Positions 21,087-31,424 of a DNA stretch of 64,000 nt are shown one piece after another (the stretch's first letter is position 1; the number at the start of each line of letters is the position of its first letter). The notes under the pieces were generated by a model. That model did no database searches and had not been told where the DNA came from. It saw nothing but the letters and a program-made list of their open reading frames with translations. This DNA comes from an uncultured Gammaproteobacteria bacterium (lineage in GTDB: Bacteria > Pseudomonadota > Gammaproteobacteria > Xanthomonadales > SZUA-36): assembly GCA_963727635.1 (NCBI GenBank), contig CAVSHP010000024.1:68818-132817 (forward strand), read 5' to 3'. A program made the position numbers and the translations under genes.

Positions 21087-22876
21087 ATGAAGCTTCAATT
21101 TCCTTCTGCCAGGGCCGTCCTCGCATGGGTGTTGCTTGTAGCCACTCCACTGTATGCACAGCCAGGAAGTGAACCATCGGTAATGGCGGACCGCGTGCTG
21201 CTCAATGGCAACATCCTGACGGTGGATGCCAAAGACTCCGTCGCCCAAGCGCTGGCCATCCGGGATGGAAAAATCATCGCGGTCGGAAGCAACGAAGACA
21301 TAGCTGCCCTGGTCGGGCCGGATACCGATCAGATTGATCTTGACGGCCTGACGGTTACACCGGGATTGATGGACGCGCATGCGCATTTCTCCGTGGGTGG
21401 GCTGGAGTGGGCTAACAATATCAACCTGGGTTATCCCGGGGTTAAAAACATCCGTGACATCCAGGTGCTGGTGCAGGAGCGGCTTCCGTCAAGCGGGCAG
21501 GGCGGCTGGATCATTGGCAACGGTTGGGACGAGGGCAAGCTGGAAGAGCATCGCTATGTCTACGCTTCCGACCTGGACCCGGTGTCCGGCGAGCGGCCGG
21601 TCATGGCTGGTGCACACCATGGGCCATTACGCCACGGCCAATAGCGCGGCACTGGCAAATCGCCGGCATCAGCCGTGATACGCCGGACCCGCCTGGCGGC
21701 CTGATAGACCGCGATGCCGAAGGCAATCCCACCGGGGTATTGAAAGAGTCGGCCCAGACCCTGGTGTGGCAACACGTACCCGCGGCCACAGCGGCACAGA
21801 TGCACGACGCGATTGTCAGCATGTCGCAGGCGTTCAACAGCGAATGCATGACCGGCGCAAAGGACCCCGGCATCGGCTACAACATGATTTATGACCTGGA
21901 AAAGGCCATGCAAGTCTGGAATATCTACCAGGCCGTGCTGGCGGAAGGCCGGCTCAACGTGCGGATTTTTGCCCTGTGGCTCAGTCCCGACACCCTGGTG
22001 GAGGCGAAGAACCTGGTGCAACGCATCGGCTCCTTCACCCGGCCCTATGAAACCACCGGCAACGACCGGCTGATTTCCGGTGGCATCAAGCTGGTCGCCG
22101 ATGGCAGTGGCGGCGCCCGCACCGCCTGGTTGTGGAGCGACTGGAACAAGGACCGTACCGGCGTCGACGAAGGCAACCGTGGCTTTCCCGCCATTGACTC
22201 GCAGGTGCTGCAGGATTTGATCCGCTACTACCACGACCAGGGTTTGCATGTGGGCGTGCACGCCATCGGCGACCGGGCCATCGACTGGACCGTGGCCTCC
22301 ATCGCACTGGCGATGATCTACAACCCAAAGCACGGCCTGCGCCATTCCATCATCCACATCAATATCCCCACCGAACTGGCCATGGATACCATGGCGGCCC
22401 TCCAGAGCCGCTTCGATGCCGCCTATCCCGAACCCTCACCCAACTTCACCTGGTGGATCGGCGATACCTATGCCGGCAACTTCGGTGAGAAACGCAGTCA
22501 GCATCTGAACCCTTTCCACACCTTCCTGGAAAAGCACATCCTCTGGGCCAGCGGTTCGGACTTCAACGTCACCCCTTTCCCGGCGCGCTATGGCATCTGG
22601 GCTTCTATGGTGCGTCGGCCGATGCTGGGCGTTTACGGCTTTGACGTGTTCGGGCAGTCCGAAGCGGTGGATGTGCGCACCGCCCTGCGCTCTTTCACAC
22701 TGTGGCCCGCCCACCAGATGTTCCTGGAGAAAAAGACAGGTTCCCTGGAAGTGGGCAAGTACGCCGATATCGCCGTCTGGAATGTAGATCCCTACACCGC
22801 GAAACCCGGGGCCATCAAGGATATGCAGTGCCAGATGACCCTGCTGGAGGGGGATATCGTCTACCGCAGGGATTGA
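21087..22876 (+). CDS. Amidohydrolase 3 family metal-dependent hydrolase, secreted; interrupted by two +1 frameshifts (~21603 and ~21655)
   Basis: Signal peptide MKLQFPSARAVLAWVLLVATPLYAQ, then PGLMDAHAHF. The middle segment WLVHTMGHYATANSAALAN lies in the third frame. The rest (GISRDTPDPPGG...ADGSGGARTAW...HAIGD...) is in the second frame. Confidence 0.8.
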
Positions 22877-22921
22877 AGAAAATTCATGGGTGTCCGAACT
22901 GACTTTCGCCAAACCTCCAGG

Positions 22922-23782
22922 TCAAAATGGCTGTGATGCCGAAACTGCGCGTATAAACAGGGTGTATTGATGACCATCGGTCAGGCCAGGTTCTGTTAAG
23001 AAATAGGAATCAAATGGGACCGCTGTCGCATAAACCGAATTTCCGGGTCCAAAGGATCGTTCTCCACAAACGATTTTGCTGCTTTCCTGAATACATTGCC
23101 AGGCCGAGCCCTGATCGTATCTTAAATATATGCTTGCCGAGTTTTGCAGGGTGAATCGACCTTCCGAGAGACTCAGGATTTCCGCACCCATCGTTTTGAA
23201 ATCCGGGTCCCAGGGCGCCCCGGGAGTCAACCGTGAATGGATATTGCCTGTATAAATCAAAATAGACTGGTCTGGTTGCTGTGATGCTATAGCCAGTATA
23301 TTTCTGGCCATTTCCGTGTCCCGATTATGTCCATTAAAGCCAAAGGGTATGTCAAAGCAAAAAACAGAGACTAAAGGCAGGTCTCTCAGTGACACAAGAA
23401 GGTTCACCATGGCGACGCTACCGCGGCCGGAATGGTATTCCGCATCCGTAAAAAACTTTGTCCCTTTTAAAATTTTCACATCACCGGTTTTCATGAATTG
23501 ATCAATTTGCGGTTGGATTTCCATCGGAAACTCCAGGCCAACCAACAAGGGTTTTTTCTCAGCAAGTTTAGTGATTACCTGAAGCCCGAGACCCGGAAGT
23601 TCATTTGTTCCGTGGACTTCACCCAGTAAGACCAGGCGCTTACCGTCAATGGCGGAAAATAGCTGAGGCGGCAGACTGCCCGGGATATTGACCGCATGCT
23701 TTTCAATGTATTCAGAAGATGTCGCAGCTTGCGCAACTGGATTTGCGACAATAACCATCAGGGTCAGGATAGAGGTTCGCAT
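22922..23782 (-). CDS. Hypothetical secreted protein (possibly ChaN/Tiki-like fold; tentative)
   Basis: Signal peptide. LVLLGEVHGTNE resembles the ChaN-family motif. No firm assignment. Confidence 0.45.
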   Translation of the reverse strand: MRTSILTLMVIVANPVAQAATSSEYIEKHAVNIPGSLPPQLFSAIDGKRLVLLGEVHGTNELPGLGLQVITKLAEKKPLLVGLEFPMEIQPQIDQFMKTGDVKILKGTKFFTDAEYHSGRGSVAMVNLLVSLRDLPLVSVFCFDIPFGFNGHNRDTEMARNILAIASQQPDQSILIYTGNIHSRLTPGAPWDPDFKTMGAEILSLSEGRFTLQNSASIYLRYDQGSAWQCIQESSKIVCGERSFGPGNSVYATAVPFDSYFLTEPGLTDGHQYTLFIRAVSASQPF

Positions 23783-23932
23783 GGATGCTTCTCTGTATGT
23801 ATACCTCGAATACTCTATTTGGATTTACCCTGGATGCCAAATGAAAATCTTGAAAATAATTAAAGGGTCAGAGTCAAGCGCGGGAGTGAACCGGGCAATC
23901 AGGTTTAATCGCTGCTCCCGACATATGCGACT

Positions 23933-25621
23933 TCATTTTAAAAAATGATAATCACCCAAGTGAAACCATTTGCGCGAAAAGATAAACCCGGTCACCGGTT
24001 CCGGTGACAGACTGGTGACTTCTTCACTCATGTTCTTTCTGTAGAAGGCGGTGACGGTGGCATTTTGCCAGACCGTCTTTCGCATCTTTTTCCGCATTTT
24101 CGCGACGTATTCATCCTGAAGATCACGTTTGGCATCGATAGCCTTGATGCTTTTATCCCGTTTTACGGCGCAAATGGCTTGAACGATATAATCAGTCGCC
24201 ACTTCCATATAAGACATTTGCGAACTGTGACCGGTGCCCGTGTTCGGGCCGTTCACCTTAAAATAGTTGGGGTAACCTGAAACGGTAATGCCCTTGTAAG
24301 AGACGGCCTCTTTTTCCCATTCGCTGTTGAGGTTCCGACCCCCCAGGCCATAGACCTGGAACGTCAGCGCCTTTTTCATATTCGAATAGGCAAAATATCC
24401 CGTGGCGTAGATGATGATGTCCAGGGCGATTTCCTTGCCATCCCTGGTATTAATGCCCTGGGGCGTAATGCATTCAATCCCGCTGATATTCACATCGACA
24501 TTCTCACGGGACAGCGTGGGAAGGTAGGTATTTGTCGGGATAACCCGCCGGCAGCCCAATTCGTAATCGGGCATCATATGCTGACGTAACCTGTCATCTT
24601 TAATATATTTTTCGAGATGCTTTTTCAGCCTTCTCCTGTAATAGCTTTTCATGAGCCGACTGATCATCGCGGTCCCCGGGTAGCGGCGAAACGCAATAAA
24701 CCTGATGTCATAAAAAATAAAAATGAGCAAACGGATGAGGTGCCTGATGCCCGGCAGCGTTCGAATGAAACGCCCTGCAGCACTGTAATGCGAGTCTGAA
24801 CGTGGAAGAATCCACTGCGCCTTGCCCATGAACAGGGTTAATCTGGAAACCTTGGCGGCAATGGCGGGGACGATCTGAGCCCCTGAACAACCCGAACCGA
24901 TCACAGCGACACGTTTTCCTTCATAGGGGACAGAGTGATCCCAGTGTCCGGCGTGGAATATCGGCCCTTTGAAGGTTTCCGCACCTTTAATATCGGGAAT
25001 ATGCGGGTTTGCCAGCACACCACTGGTGTCGATAACGAAGCGGGCCGTATAACGCTCGCCCGAGCCGGTCTCGAGATGCCACAAACAAGCGCTCTCGTCA
25101 TAGCTCAGCCTGGTGACCGTCTGTTTCGTTTTTGCCTGTTTTCTCAAGCCGTATTTATCGATGATATGGTTCGTGTATTCGAGCAATTCGCTTTGCGGGG
25201 AAAAAGTTTTCTTGAACGGGTAGGCAATAAAGGAGATGGAGTAGAGGCTGGTTGGAATATCCACTTCGGCTCCGGGGTACGAGTTGACCTGCCAGGTTCC
25301 GCCCAACTCAGCGCTTCTTTCCAACAAGACAAAGTCATTACAATGATTTTTCTGCAAACGGATCGCCGCCAGCAAGCCTGAAAAGCCTGTGCCGATGATC
25401 ACGGTCTCAAAATATTGGGCATTCGTTTGTGGCTCACCGCCCGGTGCTGTTTCTTTTGTTGGTGATGGCGCTGATGCGCTAATGTTCAAATTGTTTTGAG
25501 CTTTCAATTGGTGTTTTATCCTAGAGGTGAAATTACTAATTCCTTTGCCTCGGCCCGGCATAACCAGCGTGGCGAGGCATAGGCAGGCGCAATTCACCAT
25601 GCTCCCCTGCTTGCAAAACAC
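23933..25621 (-). CDS. Flavin-containing (Baeyer-Villiger-type) monooxygenase
   Basis: FAD motif VIIGTGFSGLLAAIRL and second dinucleotide motif GKRVAVIGSGCSGAQIV. Exact start uncertain. Confidence 0.8.
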   Translation of the reverse strand: MFCKQGSMVNCACLCLATLVMPGRGKGISNFTSRIKHQLKAQNNLNISASAPSPTKETAPGGEPQTNAQYFETVIIGTGFSGLLAAIRLQKNHCNDFVLLERSAELGGTWQVNSYPGAEVDIPTSLYSISFIAYPFKKTFSPQSELLEYTNHIIDKYGLRKQAKTKQTVTRLSYDESACLWHLETGSGERYTARFVIDTSGVLANPHIPDIKGAETFKGPIFHAGHWDHSVPYEGKRVAVIGSGCSGAQIVPAIAAKVSRLTLFMGKAQWILPRSDSHYSAAGRFIRTLPGIRHLIRLLIFIFYDIRFIAFRRYPGTAMISRLMKSYYRRRLKKHLEKYIKDDRLRQHMMPDYELGCRRVIPTNTYLPTLSRENVDVNISGIECITPQGINTRDGKEIALDIIIYATGYFAYSNMKKALTFQVYGLGGRNLNSEWEKEAVSYKGITVSGYPNYFKVNGPNTGTGHSSQMSYMEVATDYIVQAICAVKRDKSIKAIDAKRDLQDEYVAKMRKKMRKTVWQNATVTAFYRKNMSEEVTSLSPEPVTGFIFSRKWFHLGDYHFLK

Positions 25622-25939
25622 TATAGCAATGAATTCTTAAGCCAAGATTAAGGTCATGTAATAAAGCTGTGACAAATGCTTCTAGGGGCTTCTTTGAGTC
25701 TCTGCAATGGCACGCCGGTGGTTGTAAATTCAGGTGTTAAATTCAAGGGTCAGTTGTCCCATACACATCTTATACAGGCAGAAGAATTGAGTTTGAGGCG
25801 CTTAAGAGGGCCAGTTTGGGTGACAATCTGGCTGAAGACGTGATATGAATAGCCGTTCGTGCTCTGGAGTGTCTGCCAATATAGTGTTTGAAACACCTAA
25901 ACTCTGATTGCATTGATACGTCCAAGGTAGAGCAATGTT

Positions 25940-27199
25940 TTGAACCTCAATACACGCGTCCTTTTCTCTGTTGTTGGCAAGCCGTTTTTCCGCCGACTGG
26001 TATTACCGCTTGGCCTGTTTTTAGTCGTCGTGTCGTCGCTTGACCCGAGTATCGATTGGGGCGCCCTAAGAGAGCAATTTGCCGCATGCGATCCGTGGCA
26101 AGTCTCGCTTATATTCACCCTGCTGATTTTATTCTGGAACATTATCGCCGGCCGGGCTCTTTGGCCTGTATGGCACAATCCAACGATTACATTTTTAGTG
26201 CGACAGCCCTTAAGTCGCTGGTATTGGGTTTGGCATTTGCTACCCTCATTGTGGGTAGCTTTCCTGCCCGTTGCTGGTATCTGGTGGTTGGCACCGCACT
26301 ATGCGCCGCCGGTTGTACACTATTTGGGCTTCGTTGGACTCTCATGGACCATTCTTATTGGCGCATCGTTTCAAAGGGCTGCCTCGGTGAAATTCATCGC
26401 TATTGGCACCGCTGCAATGGCGGCACTGATATTCGGCTACGCTCATGAGCCCGGAGTCGCTTACTTGGCAATGATGATCACAATTTTGTTACTTCCATTG
26501 AGTATCAGTGGAATACGAGATCAGCTTGTTCAATCAAGAAAAATCAGCCCAGGGCATCTCGCGAGCAAATGGCCGGTAATCTCAATCGTGCGGCGCGACT
26601 TGCTTTGCTTGTGGCGATTGGAGCGGAATAGTTTTTTTGGCCTGGTTTTAACGGCAGTGGCCGTCTCACTGATGATGTTGGCTCTGCGGGTGAATGGGCA
26701 GGTGACCGGTCACGTTGCTTTCATCTTTTCATGTGGATTCTTATCGTTTGCCGTTACACCGGTCTTTGAGGTGCTTACACGCTTGAAAACAAGACTGGGT
26801 CCGGAACTGATGCGTCAACGATGGCCAGTAAATCATGGCGATCGCGTTGTCGCATTACTTTGCATCATGGTTGTGCTGACGGGCCCGACCATCATAGTCC
26901 TGGCCGTGCTGGGTTCAACGATGGGCTTGGCTTACGGGCTCCTGTTTATGCTGTTTGCCACGAACACCATCATTGGCCTGACGGCGTTCTTTTCCCACAC
27001 ACTGGTGGTGGCCACTCCAATGACGGGTTGGAGCCTGTGGTTGCTATTTATACATGCGATACTTGCATCGACACTATCACCGTGGGTTTATGGTATGAGC
27101 GCTATAGTCATTTTGCCTGTTGGTATATCAATCATGCTGAAGGGACTCAATATGTTCACTCACCAGACGGAGCTTGGAAAGCTTGACCAGTTTGCTTGA
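25940..27199 (+). CDS. Polytopic membrane protein (putative permease partner of the downstream ABC ATPase)
   Basis: 419 aa with about 10-12 TM helices. TTG start. The 3' end overlaps the start of the ATPase gene. No family recognised. Confidence 0.5.
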   Translation: MNLNTRVLFSVVGKPFFRRLVLPLGLFLVVVSSLDPSIDWGALREQFAACDPWQVSLIFTLLILFWNIIAGRALWPVWHNPTITFLVRQPLSRWYWVWHLLPSLWVAFLPVAGIWWLAPHYAPPVVHYLGFVGLSWTILIGASFQRAASVKFIAIGTAAMAALIFGYAHEPGVAYLAMMITILLLPLSISGIRDQLVQSRKISPGHLASKWPVISIVRRDLLCLWRLERNSFFGLVLTAVAVSLMMLALRVNGQVTGHVAFIFSCGFLSFAVTPVFEVLTRLKTRLGPELMRQRWPVNHGDRVVALLCIMVVLTGPTIIVLAVLGSTMGLAYGLLFMLFATNTIIGLTAFFSHTLVVATPMTGWSLWLLFIHAILASTLSPWVYGMSAIVILPVGISIMLKGLNMFTHQTELGKLDQFA

Positions 27200-27815
27200 A
27201 GTTCGGGACCTGGTGGTTACTTTTGGCGGGGCATTTTCAGTCGGGCCATTGAATCTCGCTGTAAATAGCGGTGTCATCCATCTAAAAGGCCCTAATGGTG
27301 GCGGAAAGACGACCTTATTACGTGCGATGGGAGGTGAGTTACAGCCTTCAGGGGGTAGTGTTTGCGTGCAAGGGCAAGATGTTCATTCCGTGACACAGGC
27401 ACGTCGTCATGTGGCCTTAGTCACGTCAACTCCAGAGCTACCCGCTTTCCTGACAGTAAGCGAAGCTTGCGAGTTTTCGGCATCGCTTAGAGGTGCTCCA
27501 AAATGGGATGGCAAACCATATTGTGAAGCACTGGAACTGGACCCAACTTTGCCTCTCGGGCATGCAAGCGCCGGACAGCGCCGTAAAGCGGAGCTCGTTT
27601 GTGCTCTCGCCGGTGATCCATCGGTACTCTTGCTTGATGAGACTCTCGCTCACCTCGATGAGCACGGTGCAGTTCAACTCAGTCAGTGGATAGACGATTG
27701 GTCCTTATCAAGGGTTATCGTTCTTGCGCACCACGGTAGTCCGCCGGTTATGGTCAACAAAACGCTGGACGTGCCTCGTAATGGCTGTCAATGGATTCGG
27801 CTGTCCACAACGTAA
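27174..27815 (+). CDS. ABC transporter ATP-binding protein (short, CcmA-like)
   Basis: Walker A GPNGGGKTTLLRAMGG, signature ASAGQRRK, Walker B LLLDE. Confidence 0.8.
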   Translation: MESLTSLLEVRDLVVTFGGAFSVGPLNLAVNSGVIHLKGPNGGGKTTLLRAMGGELQPSGGSVCVQGQDVHSVTQARRHVALVTSTPELPAFLTVSEACEFSASLRGAPKWDGKPYCEALELDPTLPLGHASAGQRRKAELVCALAGDPSVLLLDETLAHLDEHGAVQLSQWIDDWSLSRVIVLAHHGSPPVMVNKTLDVPRNGCQWIRLSTT

Positions 27816-28098
27816 TGCAAATATTCGCACCAAACTAAATTGTAGAGCCAGTTACCTGATGAGTATCTGAGACAGATCGAGCAAGTGCAGAAAGTTTGAT
27901 GAAACTGGACTGCCGTGGAGTTGGTGCGATCTTCGATACCCTGGAGTTAGACCGCCGGTGGGGCTGGCGCCGTGTTAAAAACACCCGGGTGTTTGTAGGG
28001 TAAGGATTAAATGTGGCTGTCTTGGCTTTTTTCTTCATTTGGAAACTTGGGAATTAAAATGGCAAAATAGCCATGTCAATTACCTATTAACAGGAACC

Positions 28099-29613
28099 AT
28101 GATGAACAAAACCACCAACCTTGTTTTCAAGCTGGTCACTGCCAGTACTATTTCCCTGGCGCTGCTTTCGGCCTGTGGCAAGTCACCAGACCAGTCAGCC
28201 ACCCCTGCACCGGCAGAAACAAAGGCAGTTTCCCAGCCCGAGGTTGCCACTGCCCCGGCGGATGGACTGAGCATTGAGCAATTCAAGGCGCTTGCTGAGG
28301 AAGGCTTCATCTACGGACTTCCCTTGGTAATGAACTACGCGATCATGTACGAGTATGCGGTCGACTCAAAATCGAGTCAGTTCAAAGCACCCTTTAACCA
28401 GATCAAAAACATCCCGAGGGTGTACACCTACAAGGACACAGCGGTAGTCACCGCCAACAGCGATACACCGTATTCTTTCGTGTGGATGGATCTGCGTGCC
28501 GAACCCATGGTTATCTCGGTACCGGAGGCACCCAAGGACCGGTATATTTCGGTGATGCTGGCTGATGCCCACACCTACAACTACGGCTATATGGGTAGCC
28601 GTGCCACCCACGGCAAGGCCGGCAATTATATGGTCGTTGGTCCCGATTGGGAGGGGGATAAGCCCGCCGGCATTGACGGTGTATTCCATTCGCTAACGCC
28701 ATTTAGCCTTGCAGCATTCCGCACCCAACTGATAGATGCTGAAGACATGCCGAACGTGGTGAAAATACAGGACCAGTACAAAGCCCAGCCATTATCTGCA
28801 TTCTTGGGCCAGCCGTCCCCTGCGCCTGCGCCGAAAATTGACTTCTTGCCCGCCACAACAGCTGGTATTGAAGCGAATTTCTGGAACTATTTTGGTGCTG
28901 CGCTTAAATACATCCCTGTGGCCGACGAAGACAGAGACATCCGCGACAGGTTGGCTAAGATTGGTATTGGTGCCGGTAAGACCTTCGATATAAAGTCCCT
29001 GTCACCTGAGCGCCAAAAAGCCATGGTCGAGGCGATGAAAGCGGGCGACGCCAAGATCGATACTTATTTAGCTTCCGGCATGACCGACGTCAACGGCTGG
29101 CAACTCGGCTCGTTACCCGGTGACCGGGCACATTACAACGGCAATTGGGTTATGCGTGCTGGCACTGCCAAGGCAGGAATCTATGGCAACGATGCAGCCG
29201 AAGCCGTGTACCCACTGGGTCGTGTAGATGTCGACGGCAACATCCTCGATACCAGCAAACACAACTATACCCTCACCTTCGCAGCTGACGAAATGCCGCC
29301 GGTAAACGCATTCTGGTCAGTGACTATGTACTACGGTAAATCGCAATTAATGGTTGAAAACCCGATCAATCGATACCTGGTCAACTCAGCTATGGTACCC
29401 GATATGGTAAAGAATGCAGACGGCTCCGTGACCATCTACATCCAAAAGGACTCACCAGGAAAGACCAAGGAATCCAACTGGTTGCCAGCACCGAATGACA
29501 CAGCCTACATGGTCATGCGCCTGTACTGGCCGAAGCCGGCCACCGAGGCGATGTCAATCCTTCCTGTGGGCAAAGGCACCTGGAAGCCACCTGGTTTCGT
29601 GGTAGCCGACTAG
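28099..29613 (+). CDS. DUF1254/DUF1214 domain lipoprotein
   Basis: ATG at 28099 (MMNKTTNL...LALLSAC lipobox). GLPLVMNYAIMYEY (DUF1254-like) and FWSVTMYYG (DUF1214-like). Confidence 0.75.
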   Translation: MMNKTTNLVFKLVTASTISLALLSACGKSPDQSATPAPAETKAVSQPEVATAPADGLSIEQFKALAEEGFIYGLPLVMNYAIMYEYAVDSKSSQFKAPFNQIKNIPRVYTYKDTAVVTANSDTPYSFVWMDLRAEPMVISVPEAPKDRYISVMLADAHTYNYGYMGSRATHGKAGNYMVVGPDWEGDKPAGIDGVFHSLTPFSLAAFRTQLIDAEDMPNVVKIQDQYKAQPLSAFLGQPSPAPAPKIDFLPATTAGIEANFWNYFGAALKYIPVADEDRDIRDRLAKIGIGAGKTFDIKSLSPERQKAMVEAMKAGDAKIDTYLASGMTDVNGWQLGSLPGDRAHYNGNWVMRAGTAKAGIYGNDAAEAVYPLGRVDVDGNILDTSKHNYTLTFAADEMPPVNAFWSVTMYYGKSQLMVENPINRYLVNSAMVPDMVKNADGSVTIYIQKDSPGKTKESNWLPAPNDTAYMVMRLYWPKPATEAMSILPVGKGTWKPPGFVVAD

Positions 29614-29655
29614 CCATGCAGCTTTCCAAAGCGGGCAGAAAACGAAAGTAATCGC

Positions 29656-29682
29656 AATGTATGCAGGGGGTGCTATCAGCAC
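29656..29682 (+). terminator. Rho-independent terminator
   Basis: GGGGGTGCTATCAGCACCCCC hairpin followed by TTTTT, 40 bp after the stop at 29613. Confidence 0.75.
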
Positions 29683-29822
29683 CCCCTTTTTCGTCAGAAA
29701 TTTCAAAGGTAAAAAATGAAACGAATAATTTTTCTTGACTCAGCTTCCGAAATAAAAACCGGGGCCTGGGCCCCGGTTCTGGAGCCTGCAGCGAGGCTCC
29801 CTGGTTTGTGACCCGGTATCCG

Positions 29823-30257
29823 TCAGCAGTTGGCATGCCGTTTTGCATGGGCTTCAAGCGCCAGCCTTGCGATCATTGTGAAGCCGACGAACGGCAGTGC
29901 AATGACGTAGCCCAGGGCGATGAACGGTGAGGCAAAGAAGAGGCCCACGTTCCTGGCAAACAGCCCGGCTTTTCTGAGCTTGTTACCCGCCACCGGGTGT
30001 TTCCTTGCATAGGCTTCATGGGCCAGTTTTGCAAAGTGGTAGAGACCGATGAACGGCAGCGCGATGACGTAAGCCAGTGCAACCAGGGGGGCTGTGATCA
30101 GCATCGCGATGCTGCTGAGCAGCGTGTGTTGTTTGCCATCATTGGCGGCTTTCAGGTTGGTGTTGACCTGGTGGCTTTTGTCAGAGAGGACGCGTTCGAA
30201 ACCGTGACCGAAGACTGCGTTTTCTTCAATGACCAGTACGTTTGATTTGGTGTTCAT
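29823..30257 (-). CDS. Hypothetical membrane protein with internal tandem duplication
   Basis: Two ~33-aa repeats: APLVALAYVIALPFIGLYHFAKLAHEAYARKH and ASPFIALGYVIALPFVGFTMIARLALEAHAKRH. A downstream hairpin CCGGGGCCTGGGCCCCGG (29758..29783) looks like its terminator. Confidence 0.5.
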   Translation of the reverse strand: MNTKSNVLVIEENAVFGHGFERVLSDKSHQVNTNLKAANDGKQHTLLSSIAMLITAPLVALAYVIALPFIGLYHFAKLAHEAYARKHPVAGNKLRKAGLFARNVGLFFASPFIALGYVIALPFVGFTMIARLALEAHAKRHANC

Positions 30258-30654
30258 GATGTGCTCCTTCTCTGAATGTGTGTTTGTCTCACTATAGGTA
30301 GATGCAAGTTGCGTGCCATAGAAGGGCGGGCCGTGTAAAAAGAAATTAATTGCAACAAATACAGAGAGTTAAAATTTTTATCGGTCAGGTAGAAAGGGGC
30401 AATCGATGTGATTTATGCGTCCGAAGTACATTTTGTTTATACCAAAAACTCTCTTGCTCAATAAAATAGCCATAAAATACAGACGGATAGATGCGATCCC
30501 GGTATGTATGGGTTTTATATACACCGGTATCCCTGATCTTTCGGAACCCGAATGCAATATTCGGGGCCGGGGGCTAAAGGAAAAACTATCTCAGCGGTCG
30601 GGTCTGATAAGCACTGGAAAGCAGTTGTTTGAAATGCTGAAAGGTTGTTCCCAC

Positions 30655-31227
30655 CTAAGCGACATCTTGCGGATCGACATTCCAACGTTCACATAACTTC
30701 GCAACTATTCCCTCGTAATACTCGCCAGACTTCTCACTCGCACTGGCTGGAATTATGGCTTTGTATTCCTGTTGCAGACGTGCTTGCTCTTCCGGTGACA
30801 GGATTTGGTCTGCCATGTTGAAGAGGATGTTGTTTTCCTTTTGGATGTGCTGGGTCAACAGCTCAGCATAAGCCAGTGTGAACCTCAGCACTGTTTGGAG
30901 CGCCGAATTATCACCGTTGATCGCCGCTTCGAGGTTTTTGTCAATTTGTCGCACATAGGTGCGGCCCAATTCATGCTCGTTCAACATCACGGCAATTGGG
31001 CCTCCTCTACGCGGCATGCCAGCAGCTTCCAGTGCCGGAAATAGAAGACCTTCCTCCTTTGCGTGGTGCCAGGCATCGGCATAATTTTGGATAAAATCAA
31101 GGCCCGCGCGGAAGGTATCAGAGTCGAGCCTGTCAACATTTGCAGCAGCTTTACAAGCTGAAACGAGGCAGGCAATCATGGCAAGAATATTTTCGTGTTC
31201 GGATCGCAGAGCTGTTGTTGCTGTCAT
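30655..31227 (-). CDS. Hemerythrin-like (HHE cation-binding) domain protein
   Basis: Internal start MTATTALRSEHENILAM. H...HxxxE spacing typical of hemerythrin-like domains. Confidence 0.65.
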   Translation of the reverse strand: MTATTALRSEHENILAMIACLVSACKAAANVDRLDSDTFRAGLDFIQNYADAWHHAKEEGLLFPALEAAGMPRRGGPIAVMLNEHELGRTYVRQIDKNLEAAINGDNSALQTVLRFTLAYAELLTQHIQKENNILFNMADQILSPEEQARLQQEYKAIIPASASEKSGEYYEGIVAKLCERWNVDPQDVA

Positions 31228-31361
31228 TCTGATTCTCCTTAAATGCTCGCTTGGCATTGTGCAGCTATTTATAGCTTACCATTGCAGACATTGCATCCTC
31301 TTATGGTCGTTTGCTGCTACGGATTAATACAATCCAGCTATCCGCTAATTGGTTAAAATAT

Positions 31362-31386
31362 GGGCCCGGCCCCGTTGCCGGGCCCT
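31362..31386 (-). terminator. Putative terminator hairpin downstream of the SPFH gene
   Basis: GGGCCCGGCCCCGTTGCCGGGCCC. Only a weak T-tract on the minus strand. Confidence 0.4.
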
Positions 31387-31424
31387 CTTACGTTTTGCAG
31401 TCGATCAGGATCATACGCATCGGA

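Noticed and set aside
30280-30300. TCTCACTATAGGTAGA resembling a T7 promoter core
   Set aside because: Only a 9-nt partial match (CACTATAGG). This is a chance occurrence in an AT-rich intergenic region.
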